Assembly: GCA_965140785.1 (NCBI GenBank) | Contig: OZ223481.1 | Span: 224,001-288,000, forward strand | Direction of reading: 5' to 3' | From: an uncultured Ruficoccus sp. | GTDB taxonomy: Bacteria; Verrucomicrobiota; Verrucomicrobiia; Opitutales; Cerasicoccaceae | Length of the DNA stretch: 64,000 nucleotides | Shown here: piece by piece, positions 58,856 through 64,000 of the stretch | Numbering within the stretch: the first letter of the stretch is position 1 | Layout of the letters: each line of letters starts with the position of its first letter | Program-made: the position numbers and the translations under genes | Notes under the pieces: generated by a model | What the model was told of the DNA's origin: nothing | What the model saw: only the letters and a program-made list of their open reading frames with translations | The model's database searches: none

Positions 58856-61618
58856 ATGTTCCGTGTTAGCGCCGCCTGTCTCGGGCTTTCGCTAGCCCTC
58901 CTTGCAACGCCCCTTTTGGGGCAGGTTTCCTTGCCCTACGAAACGGATTTCGAAGCGGCTTCCGGCTACGGCGTGGATGATCCGCCGAGCGTGGCGCCTT
59001 GGGTCGTAGGCGGCTCGGGGGCCTTGGTGACGAGTGCCGACTCCGCCTCGGCAGCGCAGGGAGTTTTACTCCCGATCGATGAAACAGGATTTTTGCGGGC
59101 GAATTTTTCGAGCAGCCAGGCGGGGGTGGTGACCTTTGTGGATTTCTACCTCAAGCCCATGGCCGGGCCGGTGGAGGAATTGCCGGCGGTTTCGAGCGAT
59201 GTTACCTCCGCGATGACCGGTGCGGCTGAATCCGGCGGCGTCGGCTGGTTTTACGCAGTGGAAGGCGACGGCCTGGGTGGGGGGCAGTGGCAGCAGATCC
59301 CGCGGCCGTTTGCGCTGAGCGACGGTGTATCCACGAACTGGATACGCTTGACTTACCGCCTCGATTATGCGACCAAGACCTGGGATCTCTACCTGGACGA
59401 CGATCTGGTGGCGACCGACTTGGGGTTCGTGGACGATGTGCTGGAGAGTTTGAGCGAATTCCGGCTCAAGGGCGGCGGGCTGGCCCCGGTTTATTTTGAT
59501 TTTTTCTACGCCGGTTATGAGAACCCGCTTTTCCTCGACAGCGACAGCGACGGGATGAGCGACGCCTACGAGAGCGCCAACGGCCTCGACCTCTACGCCG
59601 ACGACCGCTATGGCGACCACGATTTCGATGGCATCACCAATGTCCACGAATTCCTCTACGACCTGGAGGCGGGCAACCCCGACACGGACGGGGACGGTGT
59701 GCACGATGGCTGGGAATTTTCCTTCGGGGGCGACCCGGCGGTGGCGGATAATTACGTGCTCAGCCAGCTGCCCTACGTGGAGGGTTTCGAGAGCCACCCG
59801 GACGCGAACGTCACGAGCGGGGGAGGGTGGTCCTATCAGGGCGGCACCGAGCCGCAACTGAGCAGCGACGAGGCCGCGAACGGCACCCACTCGGTGCTGA
59901 TCAATCCGCTCGGCGCGGGCACGGCGCTCTACAATTTATTCACGGCCACGCCCGACACCATTGTTTGGGTGGACCTGGCGCTCAAGCCCGGAGCGTTGAG
60001 TGAGGAGCCGGCGCTGAGCGCGGCGACCTCGGCGGGTTTTTACTTTGGCGAGGATGGGCGGCTGCGCGTCTTCGACGGGGCGGAGTTGCCCGCTGGCGCT
60101 TGGGAGGCCCTGACGCACGAGGCGGTCGAGATGGACGCCTGGCAGCGCCTGACGGTGCAGCTCAATTACTCCACCCAGCGCTGGGCGATTTATTTGAATG
60201 GCGTGCGGTTGGCTGCGGGGCTCGGCTTCGCCAATCCGGTGCCGTTTTTCCAGTCCTTTCGTGTGACCCAGTCTGAGGGCGGGGAAACTTACCTCGACAA
60301 TGTGCAGGTCAGCTACACCGAGCCGGCTGGGCTCGATAACGATGGAGACGGCTTGACCAATGTTTGGGAAATTGCGGCGGCGTCATATGGCTACGATCCG
60401 GAGAACGCCTACTCGGCGGACCCGACCGGCATGGTACGCGACGATTATTATGACCTCGATGGAGACGGCCTGGGGACGCTGGCCGAACTCGCCGCGGGCA
60501 CGGCGTACACGAACCCCGACACCGATGGCGACGGCGTGCTGGACGGGGCCGAGGCTTCCTTGGGCGAAGACCCGCTGGTGGCGGGAACTTTTAATCAACT
60601 AACCGCCGACAGCAACGACATCTATACGTGGACCGCCGGTTTCGAAACCGCCGAGGGCTACAGCGTGGCCGCGCTCGACGGCCAAGACCTGTGGCGGACG
60701 AACTCCTCGTCAGCGACGGTGACGTCTGCTCAGGCTGAGGGCGGGGCGCAGTCCGTGTCGCTGGAATCCGGCACGGGCGAAGCGGTTACCGCCGAGCAGT
60801 GGCTGGTGGCTCCCTCCGGCGCGGAAGTGGTCTGGGTCAGCTTTTCCTCCAAGCTCGTCGGCGGCGATCTGCCGGACCTGTCAGAGCGCGAAACGCTCGG
60901 AGCGGCTTATTTCACGGCGAGCGAAGCAGGAACGCTCTGCGTTTATGACGGTGCGTCGGCCCAGTGGCAGGACACCGCGCTGGCCGTGGATGCCGCCAGT
61001 TGGGTCCGCTTCGATGTGCGCCTCGACTATGTATCCAAAACCTGGGACATCTGGGTTGAGGGCAACGAAGTCGCCACCGACCTCGGTTTTGCTAATACCG
61101 CGATCACCGCCTTTGCCCGGGTGCGCTTCGAGCAGTTGCGTGCCACTGAGGCCCAGGGCTTTATCGATTCGCTCAGTATTTCCACCGCCATGCCCGCCAG
61201 CCTCTCGCCCTGGCCCCACGTCTCCGATGCCTGGAAACAGCAGATCGTCGATGCCGACCCGAACGACGCCATTACCGACCCCTCGCAGGTGCTGGCCGGA
61301 GACGACTTCGACGGCGACGGCCAGACCAACGAGGAAGAGTTCCGGCAGGGCACATCCCCGACCAGGGCCGATGCCGATGTCCAGTACTACGTCTTCGGCG
61401 ATATCGGCAACGATGTGTACAACGGTCTCAGCCTCTACCCCGGCCAGCCGACCAGCCTGCACGGCCCCAAGGCAACCCTCTCCGGCGCACTAGCCGCCGC
61501 CCCCGATGGCAGCCGCATCCAGATGGAAAGCGCCACCGCCGCCTACGACGAGTCCACCCTCTCGCTCGCAGGCAAAAACCTCACCCTGCGCCCCCACGGC
61601 GACGTCGTCCTGCAATGA
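58856..61618 (+). CDS. Large secreted protein with three lectin/LamG-like repeats and DxDxDG (TSP3-like) repeats
   Basis: Signal peptide; three units starting (Y/W)x2-3(D/G)FE and containing W.R....L.Y....W......A..LGF, each followed by DxDxDG..D/N..E motifs. Confidence 0.85.
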   Translation: MFRVSAACLGLSLALLATPLLGQVSLPYETDFEAASGYGVDDPPSVAPWVVGGSGALVTSADSASAAQGVLLPIDETGFLRANFSSSQAGVVTFVDFYLKPMAGPVEELPAVSSDVTSAMTGAAESGGVGWFYAVEGDGLGGGQWQQIPRPFALSDGVSTNWIRLTYRLDYATKTWDLYLDDDLVATDLGFVDDVLESLSEFRLKGGGLAPVYFDFFYAGYENPLFLDSDSDGMSDAYESANGLDLYADDRYGDHDFDGITNVHEFLYDLEAGNPDTDGDGVHDGWEFSFGGDPAVADNYVLSQLPYVEGFESHPDANVTSGGGWSYQGGTEPQLSSDEAANGTHSVLINPLGAGTALYNLFTATPDTIVWVDLALKPGALSEEPALSAATSAGFYFGEDGRLRVFDGAELPAGAWEALTHEAVEMDAWQRLTVQLNYSTQRWAIYLNGVRLAAGLGFANPVPFFQSFRVTQSEGGETYLDNVQVSYTEPAGLDNDGDGLTNVWEIAAASYGYDPENAYSADPTGMVRDDYYDLDGDGLGTLAELAAGTAYTNPDTDGDGVLDGAEASLGEDPLVAGTFNQLTADSNDIYTWTAGFETAEGYSVAALDGQDLWRTNSSSATVTSAQAEGGAQSVSLESGTGEAVTAEQWLVAPSGAEVVWVSFSSKLVGGDLPDLSERETLGAAYFTASEAGTLCVYDGASAQWQDTALAVDAASWVRFDVRLDYVSKTWDIWVEGNEVATDLGFANTAITAFARVRFEQLRATEAQGFIDSLSISTAMPASLSPWPHVSDAWKQQIVDADPNDAITDPSQVLAGDDFDGDGQTNEEEFRQGTSPTRADADVQYYVFGDIGNDVYNGLSLYPGQPTSLHGPKATLSGALAAAPDGSRIQMESATAAYDESTLSLAGKNLTLRPHGDVVLQ

Positions 61619-61646
61619 TACGTTTTTTATTCAACCCACGATCGAT

Positions 61647-62768
61647 ATGAAAAGCTTACTCTCTAGACTGTTGTTCATCCTCTTCATTCCCTTTGCCCTT
61701 CATGCCGATTCCCTCACCGTCGAGGGAGATCTTAACATCGAGGGCTCTCTCCGTATTATCCCGCAGACAGTTCCTGATATTGTTTCTACAGGTATGATGT
61801 ATTTCGACTTATCTACTGGTGAACTCATAGTATATAATGGTGAAAAGTGGATATCGCTTACTGAAACTGCCACTATTATCAATACCTCAGGTGGTATCTA
61901 TTCTCTATCGCTGGGAAAAGATTCATCTGCGAGTGGGGGCAGAGCCATTGCCATAGGCGCGGATGCGATTGCGAGTGGGAATAGCTCAATCGCAATCGGG
62001 CAATATGCTAATGCGGGGGCATCGAATGCTATAGCTTTGGGCTATCATGCCACAGCGAGTGGTAATTATGCTACGGCTTGGGGCGCCGGTCCAGAGGCCA
62101 GTGGTGTGGCTGCTACGGCTTGGGGTTGGACAACCGAGGCAAGTGGTGACTATTCCACAGCTTTTGGACAGAACACAGCAGCAAGCGGTGATTATTCTGC
62201 GACTTGGGGAAACTATTCAGAAGCAAGTGGTGACTACTCCACAGCTTGGGGGGAATGGGGGAGAGCTATAGGTGATTTTGCTACGGCTTGGGGTGCCGCC
62301 ACATATGCCATCGGCGACTATTCCACGGCATGGGGACATCGGACCCATGCTGAGTCGTATTCTTCTAGCGCCCTTGGGTGTTGGAATATTGGTGGCTATA
62401 CTTACTCTGATGATGGCGTTGACACCAATGATGGCGATACTCAGTGGTTCGATTTGGATCCACTCCTTGAAGTCGGAAATGGTGACTACTCAGCGCGCTC
62501 CAACGCCCTGACCGTCATCAAAAACGGCCAGACCACCCTGGAGAATAAGTATTGGGACGAAGAGATGCCCACCGCCATTCCCGCCGACCCGGACACCGCA
62601 CTGAACGGCGACCAGTCCTCCGCCGGCGAAGCCCTCGTCGTCAAAGGCCATACAAACCTGAATGGTAATCTTACAGTTCAAGGGAATGTCAGTATGCCTC
62701 GGCAGGGAGATATCTGGATGGGGGCTTTTGGCAATCCTGAGGATTCGTGGCAGCAAAGCGGCTCCTGA
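61647..62768 (+). CDS. Secreted YadA-head-like repeat protein lacking an autotransporter anchor
   Basis: Signal peptide; about 12 14-aa repeats (ASG..AIAIG, ASGDYSTAWG); LEVGNG....RSNALTV.KNG; C-terminal PRQGDIWMGAF. Confidence 0.82.
   Translation: MKSLLSRLLFILFIPFALHADSLTVEGDLNIEGSLRIIPQTVPDIVSTGMMYFDLSTGELIVYNGEKWISLTETATIINTSGGIYSLSLGKDSSASGGRAIAIGADAIASGNSSIAIGQYANAGASNAIALGYHATASGNYATAWGAGPEASGVAATAWGWTTEASGDYSTAFGQNTAASGDYSATWGNYSEASGDYSTAWGEWGRAIGDFATAWGAATYAIGDYSTAWGHRTHAESYSSSALGCWNIGGYTYSDDGVDTNDGDTQWFDLDPLLEVGNGDYSARSNALTVIKNGQTTLENKYWDEEMPTAIPADPDTALNGDQSSAGEALVVKGHTNLNGNLTVQGNVSMPRQGDIWMGAFGNPEDSWQQSGS
62056..62390 (+). repeat. Degenerate coding 42-bp tandem repeat (about 8 units)
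   Basis: GC.AGTGGTGA.TA.TC.AC.GCTTGGGG recurs every 42 nt. Confidence 0.8.
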
Positions 62769-62860
62769 GTTCAGATACTACAGCTTCCATTTCCACGATT
62801 TCCGTCAAACAATTCAACTGCATCCCTCGTGCTTGATTCAATTTTGCGAAACTACATTCC

Positions 62861-63955
62861 ATGATCCGCCGCTTTCTCCTTTCTTTGATACTCTTCCTTC
62901 TGAGCGCAACCACTTGGGCCGATTCAGAGCCTGCAGCCTATCCCCAGTGGTGGTTAGATAGGGGAGTCGTTAATGCTCAGCCGCCCACTCCAACCGATTT
63001 CAACTATGAGGCTTGGATGCAGGCTAACTATGCCCCCGCCAACCTCGGGCAACTCAAAATGATTGCGAGTGGTGCAAAGGCCGAGCTGGACGCAGTACTC
63101 GCCCCGGTTGGCGGGGCAGGTCCAGTCATTGATAGTGTAGTGAGTTTATTTTCGACTGATCCATCAGATAACTATGCGGTGTTAAATCAAGGGCAGCTAA
63201 AATATATTTCATCGTTGTTCTTTAATAGACTGGGGGATGTCACTTTCAACGGATGGCCTGCCAATTATACGCTAGACTCTAGTACAGGATATCCGTGGAC
63301 GGAATCCGTTACCGATGACGCTCATTATGCGCCTGCGAATACTGGCCAACTAAAGTATCTATTTTTGTGGGATCTCAATGCTTGGGCGGATTCGATAGAT
63401 TACAGTACCATTGATGCAGACGGTGATGGTCTCGGTGATATTTGGGAAATTGCTTATAATCTTAGTCCCTTTGACGATGGGGGTTCTGACAGTATCAATG
63501 GTCCTAATGGAGATCCCGATGGCGATGGGCTTACGAATTTGCAAGAGTATGAGGTGGCCCAAACCTTCGCCAATGCTGCCGATCCATCACTTTTGAGTCC
63601 GCGAGCAAATGATTCAGATGGAGATGGGCGTATTGATGGCGTGGAGGTTGCCGATGGTACGGATCCAACCGATTATTATAATTTAGCATCGCCTGTGTTT
63701 AAGCGTACTCCCGTAGTCGAGGTTCTCTCTGGAGATGACCAGACGGTAGGGCCGGGTGAGATACTGGCTAACGCCATTAGTGTCAAGGTTACCGCCCAAG
63801 AGGATGGCAGCTTGCTCGTAAATGCGCCTCTATGCATCAGTCCTGAAGCTTTAGGTGCCATGGTTGGGGTATTGCCCGATGGCTCTGATTTAAAGGAATC
63901 AATCATCGTTTACACCAACGCCAGTGGGATCGCTACTTTCTACGTTAAGCCATAA
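62861..63955 (+). CDS. Secreted protein with three YAxxNxGQLK motifs, DxDxDG repeats and an Ig-like C-terminus
   Basis: Signal peptide; NYAPANLGQLK, NYAVLNQGQLK, HYAPANTGQLK; DADGDG, DPDGDG, DSDGDG; SGDDQT...TNASGIA. Confidence 0.82.
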   Translation: MIRRFLLSLILFLLSATTWADSEPAAYPQWWLDRGVVNAQPPTPTDFNYEAWMQANYAPANLGQLKMIASGAKAELDAVLAPVGGAGPVIDSVVSLFSTDPSDNYAVLNQGQLKYISSLFFNRLGDVTFNGWPANYTLDSSTGYPWTESVTDDAHYAPANTGQLKYLFLWDLNAWADSIDYSTIDADGDGLGDIWEIAYNLSPFDDGGSDSINGPNGDPDGDGLTNLQEYEVAQTFANAADPSLLSPRANDSDGDGRIDGVEVADGTDPTDYYNLASPVFKRTPVVEVLSGDDQTVGPGEILANAISVKVTAQEDGSLLVNAPLCISPEALGAMVGVLPDGSDLKESIIVYTNASGIATFYVKP

Positions 63956-64000
63956 GGCGGTCATTATCGCTACTGTTCCTAAAAATACTTTTATTCCTTC

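Noticed and set aside
62056..62390. Possible CRISPR array
   Set aside because: The 42-nt period is in frame, varies at synonymous positions and encodes 14-aa repeats; no cas genes are present.

Overview
Bacterial chromosomal window from a GC-rich organism. Two PEP-CTERM genes, a DUF1559/H-X9-DG prepilin, a MoxR-DUF58-BatA-DUF4175-DUF4159 operon and DxDxDG-repeat surface proteins suggest Verrucomicrobiota, probably Opitutales (inference). Positions 1-23 kb are mostly core genes (cinA, uvrC, bcp, cbpA, holA, mscS, pssA, proA, two PfkB kinases), plus a SET-domain gene, an orphan RelE-fold gene, an EF-hand gene and tandem paralogous unknowns. Positions 23-39.6 kb hold a 10-gene minus-strand MoxR/vWA/TPR/HEAT/ExbB operon. 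Positions 40-48 kb encode hydrolases, an FAD oxidoreductase with a divergent AraC regulator, and a DUF3857 transglutaminase. Two fused IS5-family relics (48.0-48.65 kb) border a visibly lower-GC glycan locus (48.6-57.4 kb). After a nuclease-like pseudogene comes a secreted surface-protein cassette (58.6-64 kb) containing an anchor-less YadA-like head protein and a partner with three neck-like motifs; this is the best candidate for an undescribed system. Non-coding signals include two TA-ended MITEs (one shares its TIR with an IS5 relic), GTAG-type REPs, a double-hairpin repeat family, a candidate sRNA and several leaderless-type promoters. Many +1 frameshifts (bcp, cbpA, TPR genes) look like sequencing errors. 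All family calls come from motif recognition by eye, not from database searches.
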